Source: Candidatus Electronema aureum (lineage in GTDB: Bacteria > Desulfobacterota > Desulfobulbia > Desulfobulbales > Desulfobulbaceae). Taken from it: a stretch of DNA of 32,000 nt. The translations under genes were made by a program, and so were the position numbers. Numbering within the stretch: the first letter of the stretch is position 1; the number at the start of each line of letters is the position of its first letter. Where the stretch lies: contig NQJD01000004.1 of assembly GCA_004284765.1 (NCBI GenBank), forward strand, positions 90,001 through 122,000, in the 5' to 3' direction. Shown here piece by piece: positions 1 through 9,661 of the stretch. The notes under the pieces were generated by a model. The model saw only the letters and a list, made by a program, of their open reading frames with translations, did not search any database and was not told where the DNA came from.

Positions 1-4
1 TTCA

Positions 5-38
5 AGGCCAGTGAATTTATGTTCACTGGCCTTTTTTT
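5..38 (+). terminator. Rho-independent terminator hairpin, probably for a + strand gene upstream of the window; may also serve the convergent gltA
   Basis: Perfect 11-bp stem AGGCCAGTGAA / TTCACTGGCCT (5-15 / 22-32) with a 6-nt loop, followed by a T-run to position 38. On the - strand the stem is followed only by TTGAA, so it is weaker in that direction. Confidence 0.7.
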
Positions 39-57
39 ATTCTCCAGCAAGCGGCGA

Positions 58-1353
58 TTATCGTTCGGACATCGGCACAAAGGGCCGCGCTGACTCACCG
101 AGATACACCTGCCGAGGCCGTCCAATCTTGGAGCGTGGGTCTTCTTGCTGCTCCTTCCACTGAGCAATCCAGCCGGGCAATCGTCCCAACGCAAACATCA
201 CTGTGAACATGTTGGTCGGAATACCGAGGGCGCGGTAGATGATGCCGGAGTAAAAATCAACATTCGGGAAGAGGTTACGCTCAATGAAATATTGGTCTTT
301 GAGCGCAACCTCTTCCAGACGAAGAGCGATCTCCAGCAGCGGATCAGAGACATTCAGCACGGCGAGCAGATCGTCGCAGGCATTTTTGATGATCTTGCCT
401 CTGGGGTCAAACGTTTTGTACACTCGGTGGCCAAAGCCAGACAGCTTAAAGGGATCAGCCTTGTCCTTGGCTTTGTCGATGTATTTCTTGAAATTGCCAC
501 CGTCCCGGTAAATAGCCTCCAGCATGGTAATCACTGCTTCATTAGCCCCACCGTGCAGTGGCCCCCAGAGCGCGTTAATCCCAGCAGCTATGGAGGCGTA
601 AAGGTTTACACCCGCGCTACCGACTAAGCGCACCGTGGAGGTGGAACAGTTTTGCTCGTGATCAGCATGAAGAATGAGCAGCTTGTTCATAGCTGCCACC
701 GCCTCAGGTCGCAGAGCATAAGGCGCGACCGGATTGTCGAACATCATGTTGAGGAAATTGGCGCAGTAGCTTAAATCCGGGCGGGGATAAACCAACGGTT
801 CACCAAGGCTCTTCTTGTAGGAAAAGGCAGCGATAGTGCGAATTTTTGAGATCAACCGGGCCGCTGTGAGGTCAAGCGGAGCCAGCGGGTCGTCGTTCAT
901 CTCTGGGTAGTAGCTGCACAGACTGTTGACCATCACCGACAGAATGGCCATCGGCGGCGCACCGGGCGGGAACCGGTCGAAGAAATGAATCATGTCCTCG
1001 TGGATCAGCGAGAAGCGATTGAGTAAATCCCGATAACGCTCATATTCCGCTGCGTTGGGCAAGTGACCATGCACGAGCAGGTAGGCAACCTCGACGAACA
1101 GACACTTTTCAGCCAAATCCTCAATAGCATAACCTCGGTAGCTGAGAATGCCCTTGTTACCGTCGAGAAAGGTGATTCGGCTGGTGCAGGCGGCGGTGTT
1201 TTTGTAACCAAGGTCAAGGGTGGTACACCCTGTTTCTTGGAGCAACTTACTGATATCGATAGCTCTATCGCCTTCTGTGCCGTACACAACAGGTAAGCTG
1301 TAGGATTTGCCATCAATGATGAGGGTAACGTTCTCGCTGCGGCTATTGCTCAT
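58..1353 (-). CDS. gltA: Citrate synthase (type II, ~431 aa)
   Basis: ORF 58..1470 translates to typical citrate synthase sequence (LHADHEQNCSTSTVRLVGSAG, GPLHGGANE, GFGHRVYK, NVDFYSG). The start is placed at the ATG at 1351-1353 (MSNSRSENVTLIIDGKSY), which has GAGG about 7 nt upstream. The longer N-terminal extension has no citrate synthase-like sequence. Confidence 0.95.
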   Translation of the reverse strand: MSNSRSENVTLIIDGKSYSLPVVYGTEGDRAIDISKLLQETGCTTLDLGYKNTAACTSRITFLDGNKGILSYRGYAIEDLAEKCLFVEVAYLLVHGHLPNAAEYERYRDLLNRFSLIHEDMIHFFDRFPPGAPPMAILSVMVNSLCSYYPEMNDDPLAPLDLTAARLISKIRTIAAFSYKKSLGEPLVYPRPDLSYCANFLNMMFDNPVAPYALRPEAVAAMNKLLILHADHEQNCSTSTVRLVGSAGVNLYASIAAGINALWGPLHGGANEAVITMLEAIYRDGGNFKKYIDKAKDKADPFKLSGFGHRVYKTFDPRGKIIKNACDDLLAVLNVSDPLLEIALRLEEVALKDQYFIERNLFPNVDFYSGIIYRALGIPTNMFTVMFALGRLPGWIAQWKEQQEDPRSKIGRPRQVYLGESARPFVPMSER

Positions 1354-1646
1354 GACGGGCACCTCTGTCTCTGGTAGTTGACTGATCGCTTTCATGCTCT
1401 TGCTGCATGAGAGCAGGCGCGCCCCGCAAGCGGCGGAAAGAGATACGCGGTCTTTCCTAACCGGGTACAATGGTTGCGCTGCAAGGGACTGAAAACAGGC
1501 GGCTGTGCGGACTATAGCTGAAGCTCTCGACAGCCTATGAAGTTGGACAAGGGGCGATTGTACCGCACTTCCCAGAAAAGATCAAGGCGCAGAAAATCCC
1601 CATCTATTTCCGGCATAAGCTGGGGTGTTGTCCGACTGAGATAAAG

Positions 1647-2312
1647 TCACATCTTTCCGTCTCTCTTCTCAATCTGTTCTTTCTTTTCTGCGGGCAGAGA
1701 GTCATAGAGGGTGTCGATATGCTTTGGTTGTGTGATCATAACATCCGCGATAATATTGACTAATTTGGCGAGTTGGGCAGCAGTGTCAGGATCATCGCGC
1801 AAGTCAAGCTCGCCTGGATGCACTGCCTCATTTCCAATCACGCGAACGATGTCCAGACTCTTTTGAATACGAGGGTTCAAGCCTTTCTTAACCAGCCCGG
1901 CAATATCCTGATTGATGTTCTTGCCAGACTCGCCCAAGTGTGCGCAGAGTTTCTGCACACAGAGCCGGAGCAGTGCGGCAGCACCACGAGGCGAGCGATT
2001 GATGATACTCCGTGCCTCCTCAAAATCTTGGCGGATATCATCGGGAAGATCACTGTTCGGCATAGGTGCTGTGGAGGAATCCGGGTGAACCATGTTGCCT
2101 TGCCACCAAATGCTGAACTGGCGGCAATGGAGGCATCGACAGACAGACATTTCCTTGATTAAGGTAGCACGTCGATCTTTCGGTTGAGTTGAGAAAAATG
2201 ATGGACCAATATCGAAGCCCCCAGCAGACCACTTTTGTTGCGCATATGCGTTACAGAATGGACAATTGAATGATGGTGCATCGAATGTCGGCGGAACATA
2301 TGGTTGTGTCAT
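1647..2312 (-). CDS. Zn-ribbon + DUF4145 domain protein (221 aa)
   Basis: The N-terminus carries CPFC...CRCLHC (four Cys, Zn-ribbon-like). The C-terminal half (AALLRLCVQKLCAHLG...IAGLVKKGL...LDIVRVIGNEAVH) matches my recollection of the DUF4145 pattern (R..GN.A.H). It starts 24 nt after the radA stop on the same strand. Confidence 0.6.
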   Translation of the reverse strand: MTQPYVPPTFDAPSFNCPFCNAYAQQKWSAGGFDIGPSFFSTQPKDRRATLIKEMSVCRCLHCRQFSIWWQGNMVHPDSSTAPMPNSDLPDDIRQDFEEARSIINRSPRGAAALLRLCVQKLCAHLGESGKNINQDIAGLVKKGLNPRIQKSLDIVRVIGNEAVHPGELDLRDDPDTAAQLAKLVNIIADVMITQPKHIDTLYDSLPAEKKEQIEKRDGKM

Positions 2313-2336
2313 ATTTTCATCCCTATTCTCGTTATG

Positions 2337-3707
2337 TTATACAAAGAGCCTCTCCACCACTTCATGCACGGTGCGGACGGGATGCACAAGGATGCCATCG
2401 GCGGAACCCGCCTCAAGCTGGCGACGGCTTGATTCGGGCATGAGGAAGGTCTTGAAACCAAGCCGCTGGGCTTCGCGCAGGCGCATCTCCATCTGACCAA
2501 CCGCCCGAATCTCACCCGCCAGGCCTACCTCACCGCAGACTACGGTAGCCGGGTCAACGATCTTCTCGTAGAGACTGGAGAGCAGGGCGACGATGACTGC
2601 CAGATCAAGGGCAGGCTCGTCAATGCGGATGCCACCCGCGATATTGAGGAAGATGTCATGGTTGAAGAGGGTCAGCCCGATTTTCTTCTCCAAGACTGCG
2701 GTGAGCAAGGCAAGACGCTGCGGGTCAGCACCAATGGCGGTGCGCCGGGCGGTGCCGAGGTTAGAAGGACTGACTAAGGCCTGAACTTCCACTAAGATAG
2801 GCCGGGTGCCTTCCACACTGGGCATGACCACTGAGCCAGGCACATTCACGGGCCGCTCGGCGAGAAAGAGCGCAGAAGGATTATCGACCTCAGCCAGACC
2901 GCTTTCCTTCATCTCGAACACGCCAATTTCGTTGGTGGAGCCGAAGCGGTTCTTGACCGTGCGCAGGAGGCGGAAGACTTGGCTGCTATCGCCCTCAAAA
3001 TACAGCACCGTATCAACCATGTGCTCTAACACACGCGGCCCGGCAATGCTGCCGTCTTTGGTCACATGGCCGATGAGGATAATCGGCAAGTCCGTGCGCT
3101 TGGCAAGGTTGACTAAGAGCGAGGTGGATTCGCGCACCTGCGTGACCGAGCCGGGCGCAGAGCTGACCGTCTCGCTGTACATGGTCTGGATAGAATCCAC
3201 AGCGAGAAAAGCAGGTTGCACTTCCTCCACCAAGCTGATAATGGCTTGCACAGAGTTCTCGGCAGCAAGAAAGATGCAGTCGCTTTGCACAGCTAACCGC
3301 TCGGCCCGCATCCGTATTTGACGGACAGACTCCTCGCCGCTGACGTAGAGGAGCTTGTGCTTCTGCGCGGCTAAGGCTGCAAGCAGCTGGAGAATGAGGG
3401 TGGATTTACCGATACCCGGATCGCCGCCGATCAGGATCATGGAGCCAGGTACGATGCCGCCGCCCAGCGTCCGGTCTAACTCGCTGATGCCGGTGACGAG
3501 GCGGACAGACTCCTCGCCGCCTTCACCGTTGAGCGGGAAGACCTCTGCTACCGCGCTGCCGCGCAGACGGGGCTTAGACTGCTGTTGCTCGCGCAGGCTG
3601 TCCCACTCGCCGCACTGCGGACAGCGGCCCAGCCATTTGCGGCTCTCGTGGCCGCAGCTGGCGCAGAGGAAGATAAGTTGTGGTTTAGCTGGGGCCATGC
3701 GGTTCAT
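2337..3707 (-). CDS. radA: DNA repair protein RadA/Sms
   Basis: N-terminal Zn-ribbon CASCGHESRKWLGRCPQCGEW, Walker A GGDPGIGKST, the RadA-specific KNRFG motif, and a Lon-like C-terminal domain. The ATG at 3705-3707 overlaps the upstream stop as ATGA. An alternative ATG at 3698 (MAPAKPQ...) is equally plausible. The ORF-track start at 3740 is a TTG. Confidence 0.95.
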   Translation of the reverse strand: MNRMAPAKPQLIFLCASCGHESRKWLGRCPQCGEWDSLREQQQSKPRLRGSAVAEVFPLNGEGGEESVRLVTGISELDRTLGGGIVPGSMILIGGDPGIGKSTLILQLLAALAAQKHKLLYVSGEESVRQIRMRAERLAVQSDCIFLAAENSVQAIISLVEEVQPAFLAVDSIQTMYSETVSSAPGSVTQVRESTSLLVNLAKRTDLPIILIGHVTKDGSIAGPRVLEHMVDTVLYFEGDSSQVFRLLRTVKNRFGSTNEIGVFEMKESGLAEVDNPSALFLAERPVNVPGSVVMPSVEGTRPILVEVQALVSPSNLGTARRTAIGADPQRLALLTAVLEKKIGLTLFNHDIFLNIAGGIRIDEPALDLAVIVALLSSLYEKIVDPATVVCGEVGLAGEIRAVGQMEMRLREAQRLGFKTFLMPESSRRQLEAGSADGILVHPVRTVHEVVERLFV

Positions 3708-5146
3708 CCGTGATGCCGCTTCCTGTGACAGTTCGGACAAAGAGCGACTGTATTTTCTATGGTGTCTGCTCCTCCTTGAGCCAATGGAACAATATGATGC
3801 GTTTCAAGGAAAGGCTCATTCGTCGATTTGCTGATAAAAGGCGCAGGTTGCTTGCAGTCGAAGCATATTCCGTTAGCTTTTCTTTTTGCATATTCGACAA
3901 TATATGGATTTCTTTTAAATTTTAAAACGATTACACTTAACCGTGACGATTCAATGCAGCAGTTGGCGTTTTTTATTCTCTCTTCCAGATCGTGAATACT
4001 CAATTTTTTGACTTCTTTTTCCATTTGCTCCTGTTCTCGATAATAATCATCGATTGCAGTGTAAACAGGATCAGAGGTGCGACTTGATAACACTTGTGAC
4101 AAATAGGCAGTTAATCCAGGGGAATGAGTCCTTCTCATCAGCGGAGTTATCTTGGTGTTGCGTATCGCATAATCGATAAAACGTCTGTTCGCTTCTTCTA
4201 AAGAAGGTAAAATATTAACAATATGCTCATGCGAAACAAGACAGCCGACAGAGTCGGGAACTTTGGCAAGACAGTCAGGGACTTCTTTTAGATTATTAGA
4301 AATAATCTTTTTCTTTCCTTGATTCCCTTGAAATTTCACAGCTGTTGTCTCTGTGAAATTTAAAAATTCTTTCAGAACGAGTACTAATGAATATTTTTTA
4401 TATATAGTTATGCAGTATTCTTGGCCAACATTAAATCTTATAAATTTTCCATCTTTATCAAGATTTATATTCCAATTATCACATCTCAGTTCGTTGGCGT
4501 AAAAAATCGCATCTGACAAGAAATGTAGAATATTTTTTCTCAATTTAACATCTGGAAGCAATTCTTCGGCGATCTTCTGAGCCGACTGAACGTTTTCTCT
4601 GTCAATTTTTTTAAATTCATTGCGATTATTATCTTTACCGCACTTCCAAATTTCTTCGAGTTCATTTGCCACATCATCAGGGATGATTGACCCAGACCCT
4701 CTCGGATGCCAATATTTTTTCTTTAAAACATGATGATTTTCAAGCAGATCAATATTTATCATGCGATCCGCCCCAGGAACAAGTATTCTGTCAAAATCTA
4801 TATCTACGTATAGTGCTTCCTTCTGAGTCTGACTATTATTCCAATGTGTATCAGGATACACATCTGATGCAGCCCATCCAGAAGCCATGATGCCTTTTGG
4901 CTCTTTCCCTAAACGAATAAGAAAAAGACGATCACCTTTTTGAATGGATTTCCGTGATCCTGTACTCCAGTCTCCTGAGAAGACTCCTCTTTTTTTAATT
5001 TCCTGAGCTGCATCGGCAATATTATCCCAATGATAATATTCAGGGTTCCATATCAATAAGTACGTGGCCATTTTTTCGTCAAAATTTGACGTTGAATGCC
5101 TTAAACGGCTGAACGCTCCGCTTGTCTTATAGAACGGCGAGGCCAT
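3704..5146 (-). CDS. PUA/EVE-like N-terminal domain fused to a McrA-type HNH endonuclease (candidate modification-dependent, type IV-like restriction enzyme)
   Basis: The C-terminus CFDCKQPAPFISKSTNEPFLETHHIVPLAQGGADTIENTVALCPNCHRKRHHG closely follows the McrA-family HNH motif. The N-terminus YLLIWNPEYYHWDNI...DWSTGSRKSIQKGDRLFLIRLGKEPKGIMASGWAASDVYPD follows an EVE/PUA-like pattern (W..., GD.., G.....YPD). The body of the gene (~3750-5100) is visibly AT-rich against GC-rich flanks. The start is ambiguous: ATG at 5146, or ATG at 5071 (MATYLLIWNP), which fits the domain boundary better. Confidence 0.7.
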   Translation of the reverse strand: MASPFYKTSGAFSRLRHSTSNFDEKMATYLLIWNPEYYHWDNIADAAQEIKKRGVFSGDWSTGSRKSIQKGDRLFLIRLGKEPKGIMASGWAASDVYPDTHWNNSQTQKEALYVDIDFDRILVPGADRMINIDLLENHHVLKKKYWHPRGSGSIIPDDVANELEEIWKCGKDNNRNEFKKIDRENVQSAQKIAEELLPDVKLRKNILHFLSDAIFYANELRCDNWNINLDKDGKFIRFNVGQEYCITIYKKYSLVLVLKEFLNFTETTAVKFQGNQGKKKIISNNLKEVPDCLAKVPDSVGCLVSHEHIVNILPSLEEANRRFIDYAIRNTKITPLMRRTHSPGLTAYLSQVLSSRTSDPVYTAIDDYYREQEQMEKEVKKLSIHDLEERIKNANCCIESSRLSVIVLKFKRNPYIVEYAKRKANGICFDCKQPAPFISKSTNEPFLETHHIVPLAQGGADTIENTVALCPNCHRKRHHG

Positions 5147-5172
5147 TTGCGCAGCCCCGCCGCTTCTCCATT

Positions 5173-8100
5173 TCAGTGCTGCTGTGACCCACACGCCAGC
5201 ATCTGCTCATTCAGCCGCTGGGCTTGCAGGCAGAAGGCCTCCATCCGCGCCTCGATGAGCTGCGGGAAAGGATTGCCGTCGGTTTCGATAGCGAGGAAAG
5301 GCAACTTGCGCTCTTTGGTCAGAAGAGACTCCCACGCCACGCTGTTGCCAAGCTGAATCTTCTTCTCCGTCGTGGTGAATTTCTCACTCAGAACTGCTTC
5401 AGCTACCCGTGAAGGCATACAGCCAAACGGCCCGATGGAGATCACCCCGCAAGACGGATGGAGGATTTCGTGCAAGGCCGCACCCACGGTGAGAATGGTC
5501 TCCACCGTGAACTGCTTGGAGACAAACCGCTCACCCGCCTCAATTACCGGTTCAATCGGCGAAGGAGTGCCGTCATAAAAGAAGAGGCCAGAGAGAGAGA
5601 GCCGCTTGCGGATAGCCTGATCAAAGTATTTCTTGATCTGTCGCCGGATGGCGAAGCCCGGTGTTGCCTCGCCCTCAATGCCTTCGCCGATCAGCCAGTC
5701 CACATACTTCATCCACTCGCCGATGGAAGCAGTGCGGGCAACAAAGCCACGGGCAGCCAGCTTCTCAATCAAGTGTTGCAGAGAAATAGGATCGTGGCGG
5801 ACGTAGATTTCACCGAGCAAGGAAATCTTAGGCATCTGCGCGTAGGGTATCTTCAGCTCAATCTGGCGCAGACGGAGCGCGCTACGGGAAAGCTGATCAG
5901 CTAACACCGGCCAGCGTCGGTGGATGACCGCCTGAATCGCCCGATGCTCTGCGTGGAAAATCTCCAACGCCTCTTCTCGGTCTTTGGCTCCAGCCAGCAC
6001 CGCAGGCCACATTTCATCAAAGATATCGCCGATGATGATTGCTCGCCAAGCCGCCCGCAGGAAGCTGTCGCTGAGGTTGCAGTAGCCGTTCATGGCAGTC
6101 GGGGTGAACATCGCCACGTCTGGAATGTGCTGCTGCTCCACCACCCGCTTGGTATAAACGTGGTACTGACCGAAACGGCAGGGGCCTTCCGCGCTGGCCA
6201 TATAATAAACCAGCACCTCGCCGGGCTTGCGCTGCTTGACGCTGTTGAGCAATGCGCCGAGCGTGGTTTGCAGCGGCAGACATTCCTTGCAAGAGGCGTT
6301 GCCACGGCCCAGCTTAAGAACTTCCTCATCCGCCGCTGGCATGACCTCAGCTTTTATGCCGACTCTGTTAAAGGCGGCAGCCAAGAGCGGGGTGGCATAG
6401 CGGCTCATGGCCGGAACTAAAAGCCGCACACGCGGATCAGTCATCGGCAGCCAGTCGCCGTCAGAAGTCCGCACGCCGGTCACGCCATCCCTGTTCTCTA
6501 CTTCCGCTGCGTGGAAGATCTTGCCGAGAGCCTGCTTCGGCTGGCCCTTCTTCTGAATCTCTCGGTAATAGCGGATGATATCCAAGAAGGCTTCAATCCG
6601 GGTTTCCAAGCCCGCATCAGCAGTGTGGCTGTCTAATTCCAAGGTCAGCGAGGGCTTGCGGCCCATGATGCTGCGGAAATAGCTGACAATGAAGGAGTCT
6701 GGCCCGCAAGAGAAGTTGGTGATATACGCCCCGTAGAGCTGCGGGTGCTTCTCGACAAAGCGCGCGCCCTTGAGGATGATCTGGCCCATAACCCAGAACA
6801 TGTTCGCATCATCAGCTAATTGCTCCTCCCAGTAGGGCAGCATGTCAAAAGGAATGATGCTGATGCCCCGGCTGGCAAACTTGGCTGGAATACCCTTGTT
6901 GGCGGCACTGGCAAAGCTGTTGTACGGTCGCCCAAAGACCACCACGCCGAATCTGTCCGGGTTCTGCTCAAGATCCGCCAGAGCCTGTTTGCCCATGGCG
7001 CGGATGTCTTCAGTGAAGGCATCTTGAGCGGCAATAGCGGCCTGCAAGGCAGCATCTGCCTTGGCAGCATCCATGCCGAACTGTTTGGCCAAGTCACGGA
7101 TGGCATCGCGGTCAGCCGTGTAGCCTTTGGCGAAATCCAACACCTGATAGATGACGTTCTTGCTGTTCTCCAAGGCTGGGAAGGCAGTGCGGAGATAATA
7201 CGGCTCGCCTTGCACTAACACGCAAGTACACGAAGTCTTGTCCTTCTCACCAAGATCAAAGCCCTTCAGTTGCGGCAGAAAGATGTAGTCTGGTTTCTCC
7301 GCTATGAGCGCAGCAATGTAATTATGGGCGATTTCCACCGGATAGCAGAAGGAAGAACCCTGCTGATCCGCGCCTCTGGGGTCTTGCGCCGCAGGCAAAG
7401 TCAGCCGGAAGCCCAGTGCCGCAAAGAAGGCGTTGAAAAAGGGGAAATAGGTGTTGAGCAGGAAGGAGCGGTTCATGCCGACCGTGGGCCGCTTGTCCTC
7501 CGGGCTGACTGGGGCGAGGTCACGGAAGACCCGCCGTTCGCGCCGGATGACTAAATCATAGTCGCCAGCCTCCACCTTGCGATTGTGAATTAAGTTGTCA
7601 TAGCGATTGCAGATGCCGCCAAAGGGATAGACCTTGCCCTTGATCTTGATCCGAGCAATCTCACAGCCCCGGTCGCAGTCCTTGCCACCGCCGCATTTGA
7701 ACGGCTCGCCGTATTCCACCTCACGGTTGATCAGCTCCTCCAAATCGTACTGCTCGGATTTGAGCAAGCCCTGCTCCATCCGTCGCTCGACCTCCAAAGC
7801 CACACCGAAAGCACCCATCAGCCCGGCTTCAGACGGCACCACCACCTGCTTGCCAGTCAGCCCAGCCAAGGCCGCTGGCACAGCCTGATTGTAGCAAACC
7901 CCGCCTTGGACAAAGACCTTTTTCCCCACCGGGCGGCTGCCTTTCACTCGATTGTTGTAATTCATGCCGATGGAATAGACTAACCCAGCCACGATGTCTT
8001 CCAACGGCACATTCTCCTGCACCGAGCGTTTGATGTCCGAGCCGATGAAGGCCGCGCACTGGTCACTGAAGTTGGGCGGGGCGGTGGCACGGAGAGCGGT

Positions 8101-9453
8101 TGCGCCGATATCTGTCACCTTGATGCCAAGGCTTTCTTTGGCCGCTTCTTCCAAGAACGAGCCGGTGCCTGCGCTGCACGCTTCGTTCATGGCGTAGTCG
8201 CTGGGCACACCGTTGGTGATGTAGGTGTATTTGGCATCCTGCCCGCCGATCTCAAAGATAGTGTCCACTTCGGGATCAAAATGCACCGCTGCCGTGGCGT
8301 GGGCGACAATCTCATTGATCACGCCATCAGTCAGGGCGTGCAGTCCGGCAATCTGTCTACCCGAACCAGTCACGCCCAAGCCCTCGATGACCACCGGCAC
8401 CTTGACCTGATCAGCCAAGGCACGATAGACATTCTTTGATGCGCCGATGGGATCGCCGTTGGTGCGCAGATACTCGGCAGCAATGATGGCCTTGTCCTTG
8501 CGCCGCATCAGTACGCCCTTGGTGGTGGTGGAGCCAACATCTAAGCCGAGTATGACCTGATCGCCAGCCTCAGCAATGCCCCGCTCTTGATGCTTGTAAT
8601 CCACCAGCTTCTGGCACTCGGACAAAGGCGGCAGAGTGGCCAGCCCAGCCCGATGCTCGGTGAAAATTGTATCCAACGAGATGAATTGCCTGCATTCATT
8701 GTCCAAGGCCCACAGTGCCGCGCCCACGGCCTCAAAGACAAAGGTCTCGTCTAAGATACGCAGCTCAGGCAAGGCTTCGCGCAAATAATGAATCATGGCC
8801 TTGTTGCCTGCGCAGCCACCCACCAGCATCACCGAATCCTTGGGCAGCTTTTTTAGCAGCTCCAGCACTTTGCCGGACATCATCTTGGATAAGCCAGCCA
8901 CTACTTGATTCTTGGGCACTCCTTTGTTGAGGGCATGGGTGCAGTCACTCTTGCAGAAGACTGAGCAGCGGCCCGACACCTTGTGCGGTTGCTCCGGCAA
9001 GTCCATTTCGCTGACTTCATTCAGGGTGATGGACATCCGCCCTAACTGCTGGAGGAAGAATTCACCAGTGCCAGAAGCACACTTGCTGCCGGTATGAATG
9101 TCGCTGACCCTGCCGTCCTCATCCAAATGATAGACCATGGTGGTCTCGCCGCCCGCGCTGATTACTACTCGGCAAGGCTGCTCTTTGGGCAGCAAAAAGG
9201 CAGCGGCTAACTCCACGGCCTCTGGTTCGGCAATACTGGAGAAGTTCAGCATATTCCTAAACTTGCGCCCAGTAGCCGCGATCTTGAATTCCTGAAGATT
9301 ATCAATCTGGCCAAGTAGCTCGCGCAGCGTCCGGCGCGGGTTGCCGTCATGGGCCTGAGAACTGGAAAAGAGGATATGGGTACCAGAGGCGTTCCGTTCC
9401 AGTCCCGCTAAGGAAATACTGGAGGCCCCAGCGCAGATGCCGAGAGATTTCAT
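5173..9453 (-). CDS. Giant fusion of two BcrAD/BadFG-type ATPase domains with DUF2229-type domains (2-hydroxyacyl-CoA dehydratase activase-related, 1426 aa)
   Basis: There are two acetate/sugar-kinase-fold ATPase modules: LGICAGASS...CASGTGEFF...RCSVFCKSD and LGLDVGSTTTKG...EIGGQDAKY...CSAGTGSFLEEAA. They are followed by a long C-terminal region typical of 'CoA-substrate-specific enzyme activase' fusions. The start is set at the ATG at 9451-9453 (MKSLGICAG); the track start at 9582 is a GTG, and the intervening 43 residues have no activase-like sequence. Confidence 0.8.
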   Translation of the reverse strand: MKSLGICAGASSISLAGLERNASGTHILFSSSQAHDGNPRRTLRELLGQIDNLQEFKIAATGRKFRNMLNFSSIAEPEAVELAAAFLLPKEQPCRVVISAGGETTMVYHLDEDGRVSDIHTGSKCASGTGEFFLQQLGRMSITLNEVSEMDLPEQPHKVSGRCSVFCKSDCTHALNKGVPKNQVVAGLSKMMSGKVLELLKKLPKDSVMLVGGCAGNKAMIHYLREALPELRILDETFVFEAVGAALWALDNECRQFISLDTIFTEHRAGLATLPPLSECQKLVDYKHQERGIAEAGDQVILGLDVGSTTTKGVLMRRKDKAIIAAEYLRTNGDPIGASKNVYRALADQVKVPVVIEGLGVTGSGRQIAGLHALTDGVINEIVAHATAAVHFDPEVDTIFEIGGQDAKYTYITNGVPSDYAMNEACSAGTGSFLEEAAKESLGIKVTDIGATALRATAPPNFSDQCAAFIGSDIKRSVQENVPLEDIVAGLVYSIGMNYNNRVKGSRPVGKKVFVQGGVCYNQAVPAALAGLTGKQVVVPSEAGLMGAFGVALEVERRMEQGLLKSEQYDLEELINREVEYGEPFKCGGGKDCDRGCEIARIKIKGKVYPFGGICNRYDNLIHNRKVEAGDYDLVIRRERRVFRDLAPVSPEDKRPTVGMNRSFLLNTYFPFFNAFFAALGFRLTLPAAQDPRGADQQGSSFCYPVEIAHNYIAALIAEKPDYIFLPQLKGFDLGEKDKTSCTCVLVQGEPYYLRTAFPALENSKNVIYQVLDFAKGYTADRDAIRDLAKQFGMDAAKADAALQAAIAAQDAFTEDIRAMGKQALADLEQNPDRFGVVVFGRPYNSFASAANKGIPAKFASRGISIIPFDMLPYWEEQLADDANMFWVMGQIILKGARFVEKHPQLYGAYITNFSCGPDSFIVSYFRSIMGRKPSLTLELDSHTADAGLETRIEAFLDIIRYYREIQKKGQPKQALGKIFHAAEVENRDGVTGVRTSDGDWLPMTDPRVRLLVPAMSRYATPLLAAAFNRVGIKAEVMPAADEEVLKLGRGNASCKECLPLQTTLGALLNSVKQRKPGEVLVYYMASAEGPCRFGQYHVYTKRVVEQQHIPDVAMFTPTAMNGYCNLSDSFLRAAWRAIIIGDIFDEMWPAVLAGAKDREEALEIFHAEHRAIQAVIHRRWPVLADQLSRSALRLRQIELKIPYAQMPKISLLGEIYVRHDPISLQHLIEKLAARGFVARTASIGEWMKYVDWLIGEGIEGEATPGFAIRRQIKKYFDQAIRKRLSLSGLFFYDGTPSPIEPVIEAGERFVSKQFTVETILTVGAALHEILHPSCGVISIGPFGCMPSRVAEAVLSEKFTTTEKKIQLGNSVAWESLLTKERKLPFLAIETDGNPFPQLIEARMEAFCLQAQRLNEQMLACGSQQH

Positions 9454-9661
9454 AGGCGTATGAGGGAGATCAGGTTCTATTGGTTCTACCGCTGATGAAA
9501 TGTTGAGCGGCGAACCAAAAAGTATTATAAGGCAGACAACAACGTGGGGCCGCCTTTCATCGTGCCAAATGTAGGAAAACACGTTCCACTTGAACAGGCA
9601 AGTTTTTTTTCAGGATGAGGGCGCAACACCGCTCGCAGCAGCGATGATGCGCTGATTTCTC

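Noticed and set aside
1510-1555. GACTATAGCTGAAGCTCTCGAC, upstream of gltA, resembles units of the 23-nt repeat family (compare CGACTATAGTGCTT and GCTCTGAC in array 2)
   Set aside because: It is at most one or two degenerate units with no clear periodicity, so the similarity may be coincidental. It is worth revisiting only if a genome-wide family is confirmed.
9454-9582. N-terminal extensions produced by the ORF track: GTG at 9582 for the activase, TTG at 3740 for radA, TTG at 12914 for RAYT, TTG at 29099 for the oxidase, and upstream ATG codons at 1470 for gltA and 25651 for valS
   Set aside because: In each case an internal ATG coincides with the start of family-typical sequence, while the extension adds no family-like sequence or overlaps the upstream gene.
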